Sequence record: OP114733
Source of the DNA: Escherichia phage vB_EcoM-pEB20
Reading direction: 5' to 3' (one strand)
DNA: 64,000 bases
This document shows positions 17,192-27,013 of the stretch, in pieces (within the stretch, counting starts at the first letter, position 1; each line of letters starts with the position of its first letter). A program made the translations under genes and the position numbers. The notes beneath the pieces were generated by a model. That model did not search any database and was not told where the DNA came from. It saw nothing but the letters and a program-made list of their open reading frames with translations.

Positions 17192-17719
17192 ATGAACGCT
17201 AAAGATATTTTCAACCTGGTAAATTATAACGACGGTAAATTTAAATCTGAAGCACAAAGCAAGTTCTTTAATGACGTTGCTTATGGTAACGAGATTACCG
17301 TGGACGGAGGTCAGATTTTCAAATCTCGCTGGAATTGGATTGTTATCATCGATTCAGTTGGAATTGTGGAAGTCTACAAAAACACTAACAAAAAACGTAC
17401 ATTATTCTGGTCTCGTGAAACTAACGAGCAGTACAAAAAGGATAAAGCATCTCGTTTATCCAAAGTAACCCAGGAAGATATCGAGTTTATCAAGAAAGAT
17501 ATCGAGATGTACGAAAATTTAATCGCTGAAGACCAGGCAGTACTCGATAAGTTTGATGAAATTAAAGCTTCTCGTGAAATCCCTGACTTCATGAAAGAAT
17601 CAGTAAACGAACGATACGCTCTCACTTCAGAACGTATTGCAAACTATACAAAACAGAAAGCAGAACGTATTAGTACTCTTCGGAAATTTGAAGAACGTTT
17701 AAAGACGGTTCACGCATAA
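17192..17719 (+). CDS. hypothetical protein
   Basis: ORF track. Confidence 0.55.
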   Translation: MNAKDIFNLVNYNDGKFKSEAQSKFFNDVAYGNEITVDGGQIFKSRWNWIVIIDSVGIVEVYKNTNKKRTLFWSRETNEQYKKDKASRLSKVTQEDIEFIKKDIEMYENLIAEDQAVLDKFDEIKASREIPDFMKESVNERYALTSERIANYTKQKAERISTLRKFEERLKTVHA

Positions 17720-17781
17720 ACGCTTTACCCAAGGACGGGTTATAATGGTTCTGAGTTCCAATTCAATCTGAGGAAATAGTT

Positions 17782-18777
17782 ATGAGCATTACATCTGATG
17801 CGGTAAAACATGAAATTAACGGTTTATGTGCTTCACAGATTAAAGTGTGGTTTAAAGACCATAATGATCGCAGAGCACTTAATTATGAACAAATTGCTAT
17901 CCAAGTTCATCAATTACTGGTTAGTAAATTTGATTTTCATATGCCGTCTGAAATCTATACTAATCTGCCGCGAGCACTTATTAAAGCGTGTAAAGGTTAT
18001 GGAAAATCAATGGCTGATGGAATCTTCAGCGCGCTGAATAAACTTAACGTTCTGTCGATGATTAACTCTAACAACATCCTTCGTAATCTAGGACGTACTG
18101 ATTTGTTCGGTCGTGAACAGGGTAAAATGCCTTTGAAATGGATTGTTGCTCATCTTAACGAGAACCAAACACGTTTTATGGCCGTAACAGCACGCTTACA
18201 AATGGGCCTAGATCGTCAGATGAACTTTAAAACTCATCCACGTTATTCAGGTTCAACTGACTTTTATAAATGTGAGCTTCAAAAGGTTGCAGGTAAAACT
18301 GTCTTAGTAGTTCGTGTAACGTTTGAAGGACGACGTCAAGGATATTTTGACATAATCGGCTCCGGGCTTAAACATTGTGGATTTATCGACGAAGTTGATA
18401 TCAAGCGAGACGGCATTGGATACCGTATTGGATATGTTTGTACTCTTAAAGAAGAGATTTCAGGACCAGCACCAGGACTAAAAGACGTTAGATATAAAGA
18501 CGAGCTCATTGAAGAAATAAAAGAAGTTGAATATGATATCAACCAAGAAGATGCTCTTAAAGACCTTATTGACGAACTAAACCAAGACTTTATTCCGGTT
18601 CAGAAATTTGAATCAAAACATGCTGAGCAAATCAAATACTTTGAAGCTTTGATTAACGAACTTAATGTAACTATTCAACAGACCGACGATGAAATCTCAC
18701 GATTAGCAGGCTTAAATGGTAAAAATAAAACAGAACGAGCTAATCTTATTCAAGTAGTAAAACTTCTTAAGGAATGA
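17782..18777 (+). CDS. hypothetical protein with C-terminal coiled coil
   Basis: ORF track; own promoter. Confidence 0.55.
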   Translation: MSITSDAVKHEINGLCASQIKVWFKDHNDRRALNYEQIAIQVHQLLVSKFDFHMPSEIYTNLPRALIKACKGYGKSMADGIFSALNKLNVLSMINSNNILRNLGRTDLFGREQGKMPLKWIVAHLNENQTRFMAVTARLQMGLDRQMNFKTHPRYSGSTDFYKCELQKVAGKTVLVVRVTFEGRRQGYFDIIGSGLKHCGFIDEVDIKRDGIGYRIGYVCTLKEEISGPAPGLKDVRYKDELIEEIKEVEYDINQEDALKDLIDELNQDFIPVQKFESKHAEQIKYFEALINELNVTIQQTDDEISRLAGLNGKNKTERANLIQVVKLLKE

Positions 18778-18832
18778 TGTACAACCAAGGAAGGTTGGAG
18801 TATAATAAATTTTTCAACATGAGGAATATAAA

Positions 18833-19768
18833 ATGGCTTCTATTACACGTAGAGAACTTATCAAAGAATTTACCTCGAACGCATATACCCCAGGACCTAA
18901 TCCTATCCGTATGCCTGTAAAGACTCCTGAAGAGATTGAGGAAATCTGTTCATATTATGGGATTAATTCTCGTAAGTTTACTCAATTTGAATGCGTTACT
19001 AACACACCCGTTAAAGAGTTCATTAAAAATGGTGAGTTCAGCCGTTTATTAGCCAAACAGAAACTTCGTAATTTTTGTATCGGCGGTTACGGACAATATT
19101 TCGCTAAGCAGTTCCGGAATAACCTTAACAATCTGATGGCCATTGCTTCTCGTATTCGTCCTCAAGCAATTAACATGAAACATTTGAAATATACTTACGA
19201 TAAGTTGGAAATCATGGTTATCAGTGAGAATGAGTTCACTCTCACGTATAAACCTAAGAATGATAACGTTGCTCGTGTATTCCACCAAGCGTTGGAAGTG
19301 TTAGGTGATAATATTCACCAGATTAAAGCAATTTATTCTCGTGAGCTTAATATTATCAACCCTATCAAGAATAAGGGCCATATCGCTATCCAGGCTCGTG
19401 TATCTATTGGTAAAAAGGTTCCTGCGCCATGGTGGCACAAAGACTCTGAATACTATCAAAATCTTAAAAAGGAAAATGCAACGTTCGAAGCGTCAATTAC
19501 TGCAACACCAATTGGCCATGCTGAAGTTCTAGGTGCATATTCTACTGCTCCATCTATACACATTTCACCGTCGACTAAACTGGAAATCTCTAACGGTCTT
19601 CTTCCTGCCGAAGATTACCATTATAATCAAATCAAGGCCACTGTAGACCAACTATCCGTTGAACTTGACAAAGCACAAGCTAAGCTTCGTGATGCTCAAC
19701 AAGTAGTTACCAAGCTCCAGTTGCAGTACTCTAAACTTTTTAACGCAATGAATGCGTTAAAATCATAA
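18833..19768 (+). CDS. hypothetical protein with C-terminal coiled coil
   Basis: ORF track; own promoter. Confidence 0.55.
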   Translation: MASITRRELIKEFTSNAYTPGPNPIRMPVKTPEEIEEICSYYGINSRKFTQFECVTNTPVKEFIKNGEFSRLLAKQKLRNFCIGGYGQYFAKQFRNNLNNLMAIASRIRPQAINMKHLKYTYDKLEIMVISENEFTLTYKPKNDNVARVFHQALEVLGDNIHQIKAIYSRELNIINPIKNKGHIAIQARVSIGKKVPAPWWHKDSEYYQNLKKENATFEASITATPIGHAEVLGAYSTAPSIHISPSTKLEISNGLLPAEDYHYNQIKATVDQLSVELDKAQAKLRDAQQVVTKLQLQYSKLFNAMNALKS

Positions 19769-19772
19769 ATCA

Positions 19773-19802
19773 GTTTACAACCAAGGATGGTTGGAGTATA
19801 AT
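19773..19802 (+). promoter_or_regulatory. early promoter with spacer hairpin CAACCA-AGGA-TGGTTG
   Basis: GTTTAC 19773-19778; 6-bp stem in spacer; TATAAT 19797-19802. Confidence 0.55.
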
Positions 19803-19830
19803 GAATTTATCTTAACGAGAGGAAAATATT

Positions 19831-20781
19831 ATGACACGTTCACATTACATTGAATACTTTGCAGGTCTTATCGCTAACGTTCATGCCCAACGTGCTTCTG
19901 GTGCACTAGGATTTGATGTTCCACACCGAGATGTAGTAAGTGGTATTCTTCGCGATTTTGGTACATACACAGGCCAAGAAAATCATATCTGTAAAGATAC
20001 TCAGAATGCGTATTCTCATTCATTAGGGACGCTGCTTCAATGGTTCAAACGTTCTCGTTTATTATCTTCTACTGTAGCTCGCGATAACATTAAAAACTTT
20101 ATGAAACCGAGCTTTATTAAATCTGTGACATCTAAAACTGATTTGGTTGAATTCACTATTGTTAATGATGTTAAAAAGACTCATTTGGCTGATTGGTTAT
20201 CTACCATTCCTGAAACTAAATTTGCTGATAAATTTGCTTGTGAATTCAATAAACAAGTGAATATGCTTTTTAAACATTCTCGTAAATTATTCACTGGCGG
20301 TGATGGCCGTACAAATAAAGTTCATGTTAAAGATTGGGTTACTGCAGTATTCAAACCAACTGGTAATGGTAACGCATCATTATCAATTGATATCCAGGTT
20401 CCTTATTACTACTCACGTAATCTCGGTACCATGAAAGCCGAAGAAATTAATAAGCACAACAAAACTATTCGTTCGTTGTCTTATAAACTTATTACATTGT
20501 TAGAGACTATGGATGTTGTTGAAACGTTCGACGAATCCGAAGATAACGGTTCAATGTTATATAGTTCTCGTACCCGAATTAAGTTGAAGAACCCTAACGA
20601 GTATAAACTTAAGACTATTAAAGAACCTAAAGTAGAAAAGGTTGATATCATGGCTGAAGAACGTGAATATCTCAAATCTCGTCTGAAAGAAGTCGAAGCC
20701 CAGATTGCAGAACAAACTAAATCGTTAAAAGCTCTGAATGCGAAAGCGGATGGTTTACGAAATGCCATTGAGGTGTTATAA
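19831..20781 (+). CDS. hypothetical protein with C-terminal coiled coil
   Basis: ORF track. Confidence 0.55.
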   Translation: MTRSHYIEYFAGLIANVHAQRASGALGFDVPHRDVVSGILRDFGTYTGQENHICKDTQNAYSHSLGTLLQWFKRSRLLSSTVARDNIKNFMKPSFIKSVTSKTDLVEFTIVNDVKKTHLADWLSTIPETKFADKFACEFNKQVNMLFKHSRKLFTGGDGRTNKVHVKDWVTAVFKPTGNGNASLSIDIQVPYYYSRNLGTMKAEEINKHNKTIRSLSYKLITLLETMDVVETFDESEDNGSMLYSSRTRIKLKNPNEYKLKTIKEPKVEKVDIMAEEREYLKSRLKEVEAQIAEQTKSLKALNAKADGLRNAIEVL

Positions 20782-21086
20782 TGAGCCTACGTCTTTTAGA
20801 GGATATTGATATGAGCACTAATCATGACTTGGTTAAGTTTATTGACGATAGTTCAAAGATTGAATTTGTTCAGCGAGATAAAATCCACGGTGAAGAAGAG
20901 TTCGTTCCTCCGGCATGGAACGAAATAATGAAAATGGTTGAACGACGTGAAAATGCTGCCAAATCGGCAGCAAAACATCCATGCCCGGAATGTGGAACTA
21001 TCCAAGTCCAACTGGTTAACTGGACCACTGATAACTTGAAATTGAAATGCCGTAAATGCTTCCACAAATTTGAGAGAACATTATAA
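20781..21086 (+). CDS. zinc-ribbon protein
   Basis: CPECG...CRKC pair. Confidence 0.5.
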   Translation: MSLRLLEDIDMSTNHDLVKFIDDSSKIEFVQRDKIHGEEEFVPPAWNEIMKMVERRENAAKSAAKHPCPECGTIQVQLVNWTTDNLKLKCRKCFHKFERTL

Positions 21087-21499
21087 TGAGATATAGCCTT
21101 CGTTGTTTTATCGCAGCTTTAGTTTTTGCTATTATTCCATTCATTTGGAACAGCCAGAATACTTACATGGAAACTAAAGTAATTCCTGTGGAGGTAGTGG
21201 AATTAATCTCAGGCCAATCTACAGGAAAATATTCTAAATTAGAATTTATTGCAGTCTATAAAGATGAGCAAGGACGAGTTTTTGACAGGCGTGTATCACC
21301 GTCGTTTTATACGCTTCTGAATAAAGGTGATACGATAGCTATAGAAATTCGTGAGATGGATATCAAACAAACTACTAAAGATAACTTGATTTGGTTCTTT
21401 GGTACGGTGTTGTTGGTTTCTATCTGTATCACAGGTTTTATTACATGTATTGTATTTGGCATTGCATATTTAATCGATGAAAGGAAAAATAATGTTTAA
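21086..21499 (+). CDS. membrane protein (N- and C-terminal TM helices)
   Basis: ORF track. Confidence 0.5.
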   Translation: MRYSLRCFIAALVFAIIPFIWNSQNTYMETKVIPVEVVELISGQSTGKYSKLEFIAVYKDEQGRVFDRRVSPSFYTLLNKGDTIAIEIREMDIKQTTKDNLIWFFGTVLLVSICITGFITCIVFGIAYLIDERKNNV

Positions 21500-21755
21500 A
21501 GTGTACGGGTATGACTCTACTATTCATAAATGCATTTATTGTGATAATGCGAAACGATTGCTGACTGTTAAGAAACAGCCGTTCGAATTCATTAACGTGA
21601 TGCCAGAAAAAGGTGTTTTTGATGATGAGAAAATTGCTGAGCTTCTGGTTAAGCTTGGACGTGAATCACAAGTCGGATTGACTATGCCTCAAGTGTTTGC
21701 TCCTGACGGAAGTCACATTGGTGGATTTGATCAACTGCGAGAATATTTTAAATGA
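21492..21755 (+). CDS. nrdC: phage thioredoxin/glutaredoxin NrdC
   Basis: MFKVYGYDSTIHKCIYCDNAKRLL...GGFDQLREYFK resembles T4 NrdC as recalled. Confidence 0.9.
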   Translation: MFKVYGYDSTIHKCIYCDNAKRLLTVKKQPFEFINVMPEKGVFDDEKIAELLVKLGRESQVGLTMPQVFAPDGSHIGGFDQLREYFK

Positions 21756-21967
21756 TGCTTGAAGGAACTGATTATATCCATGACTACCGCGGAAGCGCGG
21801 TATATGTAGGTGATGAAGTTGCAGTTTATTATGGGTATGGAACTTTGATGACAGCCAAGGTTATTCAAATTAAAAATAATCGTGCTAAACTCGAAGTTTA
21901 TTATTCTAATGGCGAAAAGTCTATTTCTAAATGGAAATACGGCGATTGCATGGTCAAACTGGGGTAA
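21752..21967 (+). CDS. hypothetical protein
   Basis: ORF track; ATGA overlap. Confidence 0.5.
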   Translation: MMLEGTDYIHDYRGSAVYVGDEVAVYYGYGTLMTAKVIQIKNNRAKLEVYYSNGEKSISKWKYGDCMVKLG

Positions 21968-21969
21968 AT

Positions 21970-22140
21970 ATGATTTACGATATTAGTGCAGCAAGAGCTC
22001 CATCAATGGTTACTATTCCTGTTGAAGAATTAGATCGTCTTCAGAAAATTGAAGAGCTTCTTTGGGAAATTGAATCTGATTTGCCATCTGGGCTAGAATC
22101 CTGGATTGATTATGAAGAACTTAATAAGCTCCGCGGTTAA
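21970..22140 (+). CDS. hypothetical protein
   Basis: M14 of ORF 21931. Confidence 0.45.
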   Translation: MIYDISAARAPSMVTIPVEELDRLQKIEELLWEIESDLPSGLESWIDYEELNKLRG

Positions 22141-22268
22141 ACCATGGTATTCGGCTCGATGGGAGACGGTCGAGCCAGACGTCGAAACAGTTTACAACGA
22201 CGAAGAAACGTGTTATGATGAACCTTCAATAAATGAATTAATTGATATGGAAATGGGAAGAGATTATT

Positions 22269-22439
22269 ATGCAAGTTAAATTATTGTACCGTTTATTAAA
22301 AAATGGCAAGCATGATTGGTATTTGCTTATTAAAACCGATCCGAATTTTTTCTCTGGACAACCATTTACAGTTCGTCCTACTAAACGTCAGCTTCGCAAA
22401 GCTAAACGTTCTCATCGTAACTTTTATAGAGAATATTGA
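22269..22439 (+). CDS. small basic protein
   Basis: M10 of ORF 22242 after GGGAAGAG. Confidence 0.45.
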   Translation: MQVKLLYRLLKNGKHDWYLLIKTDPNFFSGQPFTVRPTKRQLRKAKRSHRNFYREY

Positions 22440-22440
22440 T

Positions 22441-22866
22441 ATGAATATTTCTGAAACTCGCGGTAAATGGTTCAAGATTGTTAAAGAAGATGAAGAACTA
22501 CAAGTCAAGTTTCCTGAATTAAAGAAAGGAACAATCATCAAGGTAATTGGTACTACGACCGAAGATGGTTATGGCGACCATGGCATTATTGAAGTGATGT
22601 TGAACACTGGTGAGAAACTTTGCATCTATGACCGTGATACTTCTCTTTGGTGCTTCTGGGAATCACATTCAATAGATGAACTCGAAGAAATTGATTCGGC
22701 TGATATTGCGGATGTGCTAGGTAGTAAACTTGGCGAATTCGAAGGTGAACGTATTTCTTATGCATTAGCTAAATTAGCCGGACAAGAAAATAACGACGGC
22801 TATGAAGGTAACCTGATGCAAGCAGCCGCAGAATACATTGAATATTTAGAAAGACGTTTAAGTTAA
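22441..22866 (+). CDS. hypothetical acidic protein
   Basis: M47 of ORF 22303. Confidence 0.5.
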   Translation: MNISETRGKWFKIVKEDEELQVKFPELKKGTIIKVIGTTTEDGYGDHGIIEVMLNTGEKLCIYDRDTSLWCFWESHSIDELEEIDSADIADVLGSKLGEFEGERISYALAKLAGQENNDGYEGNLMQAAAEYIEYLERRLS

Positions 22867-22872
22867 TAAATA
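22864..22872 (+). promoter_or_regulatory. candidate late promoter TAATAAATA upstream of gene 49
   Basis: Same motif as upstream of e. Confidence 0.4.
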
Positions 22873-22896
22873 CCCTTATCTATTTAAGGTAAGGGT
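22872..22896 (+). promoter_or_regulatory. RBS-sequestering hairpin of gene 49
   Basis: ACCCTTA 22872-22878 pairs with TAAGGGT 22890-22896, which contains the SD. Confidence 0.5.
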
Positions 22897-22901
22897 TTAT
22901 C

Positions 22902-23375
22902 ATGTTATTATCAGGCGCAAAATATAAAGAAGAAAAACAAAAATTTTATGATGCACAGAACGGTAAGTGTCCTATTTGCCACCGTGAATTAGACCCTGAT
23001 GTTCAAGGTAACCATCTTGACCACGACCACGAATTAAACGGGCCAAAAGCAGGTAGAGTTCGTGGGTTACTCTGTTCTCTGTGCAACGCAGCAGAAGGTC
23101 AAATGAAGCATAAGTTCAACCGTTCCGGTCTTAAAGGTCGTGATGTCAACTACCTAGAATGGCTTGAAGCTCTTCTTGCTTATTTGAAACAAGATTATTC
23201 TGATAATAATATCCATCCTAATTTTGTTCCAGACAAAACTAAAGAGTTCTCAAGACTAGGTAAAGAGGAAATGATGGCCGAGATGCTTCAAAGAGGATTT
23301 GAATATAATGAATCTGATACTAAAACACAATTAATAGCTTCATTCAAAAAGCAGCTTAGAAAGAGTTTAAAATGA
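22902..23375 (+). CDS. 49: endonuclease VII (Holliday junction resolvase)
   Basis: MLLSGAKYKEEKQKFYDAQNGKCPICHRELDPDVQGNHLDHDHE... resembles T4 gp49 as recalled; 157 aa. Confidence 0.9.
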   Translation: MLLSGAKYKEEKQKFYDAQNGKCPICHRELDPDVQGNHLDHDHELNGPKAGRVRGLLCSLCNAAEGQMKHKFNRSGLKGRDVNYLEWLEALLAYLKQDYSDNNIHPNFVPDKTKEFSRLGKEEMMAEMLQRGFEYNESDTKTQLIASFKKQLRKSLK

Positions 23376-25189
23376 AAATTGAAAAAGAAATTGAAGGATT
23401 AATTCATAAAACTAATAAAGATCTTTTGAACGAGAACGCTAATAAAGATTCTCGTGTTTTTCCAACTCAACGGGACCTTATGGCTGGTATTGTGTCTAAG
23501 CACATTGCCAAAAATATGGTCCCGTCTTTTATTATGAATGCGCATGAAAGCGGAATCATTCACATGCATGATATTGATTATTCTCCTGCTCTTCCGTTTA
23601 CCAATTGCTGTTTAGTCGATTTAAAGGGGATGCTTGAGAATGGATTTAAATTAGGCAATGCTCAAATTGAAACGCCTAAATCTATTGGTGTTGCTACTGC
23701 AATTATGGCACAAATTACTGCACAAGTTGCTTCACACCAGTATGGCGGAACTACATTTGCGAATGTCGATAAAGTTCTTTCTCCTTATGTTAAACGCACA
23801 TACGCTAAACATGTTGAAGATGCAGAAAAATGGCAAATCGCTGATGCGTTGAATTATGCTCAATCCAAAACAGAAAAAGATGTCTATGACGCGTTCCAAG
23901 CTTATGAATATGAAGTAAATACTCTCTTTAGTTCAAACGGACAAACGCCTTTTGTAACAATTACATTTGGTATGGGAACTGACTGGACTGAACGAATGAT
24001 TCAGAAGGCAATTCTTAAAAACCGCATTAAAGGTCTTGGTCGTGATGGAATAACTCCTATTTTTCCTAAACTTGTTATGTTTGTTGAAGAAGGTGTTAAT
24101 CTTTATAAAGATGATCCAAACTATGATATTAAACAACTTGCGTTAGAATGTGCAAGCAAAAGAATGTATCCTGACATTATTTCGGTTAAGAATAATAAAG
24201 CTATTACCGGTTCTTCAGTTCCAGTTTCTCCAATGGGTTGCCGTAGTTTCTTGAGCGTATGGAAAGATTCGACTGGTAATGAAATTCTTGATGGACGTAA
24301 TAATCTTGGTGTTGTAACACTGAATCTTCCTCGTATCGCATTAGATTCTTATATTGGAACACAGTTCAATGAACAGAAATTTATCGAATTGTTTAATGAA
24401 CGAATGGATCTGTGTTTTGAAGCTTTGATGTGTAGAATTAGTTCCTTAAAAGGAGTTAAAGCGACTGTTGCTCCTATTCTTTACCAAGAAGGTGCATTCG
24501 GGGTTCGTCTTAAACCTGATGACGATATAATTGAGTTATTTAAAAACGGTAGAAGTTCAGTGTCTTTGGGATACATTGGTATTCACGAATTGAATATTCT
24601 TGTCGGTCGTGATATTGGACAAGAAATTTTAACTAAAATGAATGCTCATCTTAAACAGTGGACTGAAAGAACTGGTTTTGCTTTTAGTTTATATTCTACT
24701 CCTGCTGAAAACCTTTGTTATCGCTTCTGTAAACTCGATACAGAAAAATATGGAAGTGTAAAGGATGTTACCGATAAAGGCTGGTACACTAATAGTTTCC
24801 ATGTTTCAGTAGAAGAAAATATTACTCCGTTTGAAAAGATTTCTCGTGAAGCGCCATATCATTTCATTGCGACAGGTGGTCACATTTCTTATGTTGAACT
24901 TCCAGATATGAAAAACAATTTAAAGGGACTTGAGGCTGTCTGGGATTATGCTGCACAACATTTAGATTATTTTGGTGTTAATATGCCAGTGGATAAATGT
25001 TTTACATGCGGAAGTACTCATGAAATGACTCCCACTGAAAACGGATTTGTTTGTTCAGTTTGTGGAGAAACTGATCCTAAAAAGATGAACACAATAAGAA
25101 GAACATGTGGTTATTTGGGAAATCCGAACGAACGCGGATTTAATCTCGGTAAAAATAAAGAAATCATGCATAGGGTTAAACACCAATGA
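23372..25189 (+). CDS. nrdD: anaerobic ribonucleoside-triphosphate reductase
   Basis: 605 aa; C-terminal glycyl radical site RTCGYLG; Cys cluster CFTCG...CSVCG; uninterrupted ORF. Confidence 0.9.
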   Translation: MKIEKEIEGLIHKTNKDLLNENANKDSRVFPTQRDLMAGIVSKHIAKNMVPSFIMNAHESGIIHMHDIDYSPALPFTNCCLVDLKGMLENGFKLGNAQIETPKSIGVATAIMAQITAQVASHQYGGTTFANVDKVLSPYVKRTYAKHVEDAEKWQIADALNYAQSKTEKDVYDAFQAYEYEVNTLFSSNGQTPFVTITFGMGTDWTERMIQKAILKNRIKGLGRDGITPIFPKLVMFVEEGVNLYKDDPNYDIKQLALECASKRMYPDIISVKNNKAITGSSVPVSPMGCRSFLSVWKDSTGNEILDGRNNLGVVTLNLPRIALDSYIGTQFNEQKFIELFNERMDLCFEALMCRISSLKGVKATVAPILYQEGAFGVRLKPDDDIIELFKNGRSSVSLGYIGIHELNILVGRDIGQEILTKMNAHLKQWTERTGFAFSLYSTPAENLCYRFCKLDTEKYGSVKDVTDKGWYTNSFHVSVEENITPFEKISREAPYHFIATGGHISYVELPDMKNNLKGLEAVWDYAAQHLDYFGVNMPVDKCFTCGSTHEMTPTENGFVCSVCGETDPKKMNTIRRTCGYLGNPNERGFNLGKNKEIMHRVKHQ

Positions 25190-25656
25190 ATTATGATAGA
25201 TTTTATCCTTGCGATTTTGTGAATGGCCCTGGCTGCAGGGTCGTTCTTTTCGTTACAGGTTGTTTGCATAAATGCGAAGGGTGTTATAATAAATCAACAT
25301 GGAATGCTAGAAATGGTATTCCATTCACTGGAGAGACACTAGAACAATTGATTGAATGTTTGAATAATGATTATATAGAAGGATTAACTATAACCGGAGG
25401 AGACCCTCTCTATCCTGATAATCGAGATGTTATTCATTGCATTGTTCAAACAGTAAAACATCTTTATCCCAATAAAAGCATTTGGTTGTGGACAGGATAT
25501 AAGTTTGAAGATATTAAACAACTAGAAATGCTTAAATATGTTGATGTTATTATTGATGGGAAGTATGAGAAAAATCTTCCGACTAAAAAGCTGTGGCGAG
25601 GATCAGATAATCAGCGACTTTGGTCAAATACCGATGGGGTGTGGAAACATGATTAA
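25186..25656 (+). CDS. nrdG: anaerobic RNR activating enzyme (radical SAM)
   Basis: GCLHKCEGC CxxxCxxC motif; follows nrdD. Confidence 0.85.
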   Translation: MNYDRFYPCDFVNGPGCRVVLFVTGCLHKCEGCYNKSTWNARNGIPFTGETLEQLIECLNNDYIEGLTITGGDPLYPDNRDVIHCIVQTVKHLYPNKSIWLWTGYKFEDIKQLEMLKYVDVIIDGKYEKNLPTKKLWRGSDNQRLWSNTDGVWKHD

Positions 25657-25766
25657 ATTGAATTACATTATGGATACTATAAATGATATGATTTTTCGTT
25701 TTGGTCCAGAATTTTATTCGCAATATAGTTTAGTGCTTATCAATGCTTAGTTAATTAAGGGCAAAT

Positions 25767-25982
25767 ATGTATAAATTTCGTAAAGGTTTAGCTGATTTTC
25801 TTACAACTGTAACGTTCTTTTTGTTTATGGCAGTTGGAGCTATTTTTCTTATTCCTTTTACTGTTGTATTTTTCGTGATTAGTTTAATTTCTCCGGAAAA
25901 GGGTTTATCCTCCAGCGAATTCAATGAACGTTTGGACAAAATTACTAATAAACTGAATTCTGTTCTTGATAAAAAGGCTTAA
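25767..25982 (+). CDS. small membrane protein
   Basis: ORF track; hydrophobic core. Confidence 0.5.
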   Translation: MYKFRKGLADFLTTVTFFLFMAVGAIFLIPFTVVFFVISLISPEKGLSSSEFNERLDKITNKLNSVLDKKA

Positions 25983-25984
25983 TT

Positions 25985-26302
25985 ATGATTAGTTTTGAGC
26001 GGTATGTAGTAGAGAGTTGGAATGGTTTTGATATGTTCGGTAATGACTATTATTTCTATGAATGTAGTCTGAACCCAAGCTTCTGGGCTGGACGTGAACA
26101 AGACCTCGAAGAAATCAACGCTCGTGCCGATTTGTTAGGTGAACTGCCTACGGTTTATTTTACCTTTGATGAATCCGGCTTCGTTATCCAGGTTTATTTT
26201 CCTGAAGAAAACTCTGGTGAGGATTCTGTTAATCCTCCTTATTGGGCTTACCAAGGAATTATTTCTCGTGGAACAAAACTCGAACTTAAAGAACAAGATT
26301 GA
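25985..26302 (+). CDS. hypothetical protein
   Basis: ORF track. Confidence 0.5.
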   Translation: MISFERYVVESWNGFDMFGNDYYFYECSLNPSFWAGREQDLEEINARADLLGELPTVYFTFDESGFVIQVYFPEENSGEDSVNPPYWAYQGIISRGTKLELKEQD

Positions 26303-26591
26303 AATTTATGGCATCCCTGAAGAAGTTGGACGTTGTCCAGGATGTTATACTGTTACAAAACTTTTAAAGGAGCTCAATGCTCCTTATACATTTTATAAAG
26401 TCCTCACTAATAATGGTAAGATTGAATATGACCGTCCTTTAATCGTATCTCTTGCTAAACGTGCAGGATTCACTTCACTTAATATTCGTTATCCTGTCAT
26501 ATTTTTAAATGATAAGAAACAAAAGAATATTGCAGAGTTTAAAAAGTCCTTGATTTCATTAGGATATGACTCTGATATCATAGAAGATTGA
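26298..26591 (+). CDS. glutaredoxin-like protein (CPGC active site); no in-frame ATG start
   Basis: IEIYGIPEEVGRCPGCYTVTKLL redoxin fold pattern; start uncertain (ATT 26298 or frameshift from upstream ORF). Confidence 0.4.
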   Translation: MEIYGIPEEVGRCPGCYTVTKLLKELNAPYTFYKVLTNNGKIEYDRPLIVSLAKRAGFTSLNIRYPVIFLNDKKQKNIAEFKKSLISLGYDSDIIED

Positions 26592-26616
26592 CCAGGTGCC
26601 GCCTGGTCTTCTTTAT
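26590..26616 (+). terminator. rho-independent terminator
   Basis: GACCAGG-TGCCG-CCTGGTC then T-rich. Confidence 0.55.
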
Positions 26617-26757
26617 CTCATTTCTAATATAATCCATTGGAATCTTCACTTCACTATCTCCTTGTGCCCCTCTCAAATCAAAAATATTTCATAAAACCAG
26701 TTTACATCCTCGATAGATATGTTAAGATTAACACCATCTACTATAGAGGAAAATAAA

Positions 26758-27006
26758 ATGATTAGTTTAGATTCAAAGAAAGTTGTTCTAACCCTTAAAG
26801 TTAATGACGAGCGTCTGGTATTCGTTACCATTTCCGATTTGCATGTTGAAATTGCTAATGGCGTTCGTACTTATCAAGCAAATAAAACTCATTGGGATTA
26901 TATCCCAATGTTGACGCTTACTCAGCGTTTAGAATCAATCGGTCTTAAAGACCTTTCAGTAAGTGAAGTGAATTTTATCAAACGCGTTGTATCAATCAAC
27001 CTCTGA
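26758..27006 (+). CDS. hypothetical protein
   Basis: M14 of ORF 26719 after AGAGGAAAATAAA. Confidence 0.5.
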   Translation: MISLDSKKVVLTLKVNDERLVFVTISDLHVEIANGVRTYQANKTHWDYIPMLTLTQRLESIGLKDLSVSEVNFIKRVVSINL

Positions 27007-27013
27007 GGTACTT

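Noticed and set aside
23372-25189. Group I intron in nrdD (present in T4)
   Set aside because: nrdD is one uninterrupted 605-aa ORF with the glycyl radical motif in frame, so there is no intron.
26139-26297. Long N-terminal extension of the glutaredoxin-like ORF
   Set aside because: It overlaps the preceding gene in another frame and translates to a low-complexity Leu/Ile-rich sequence. It is probably not translated.
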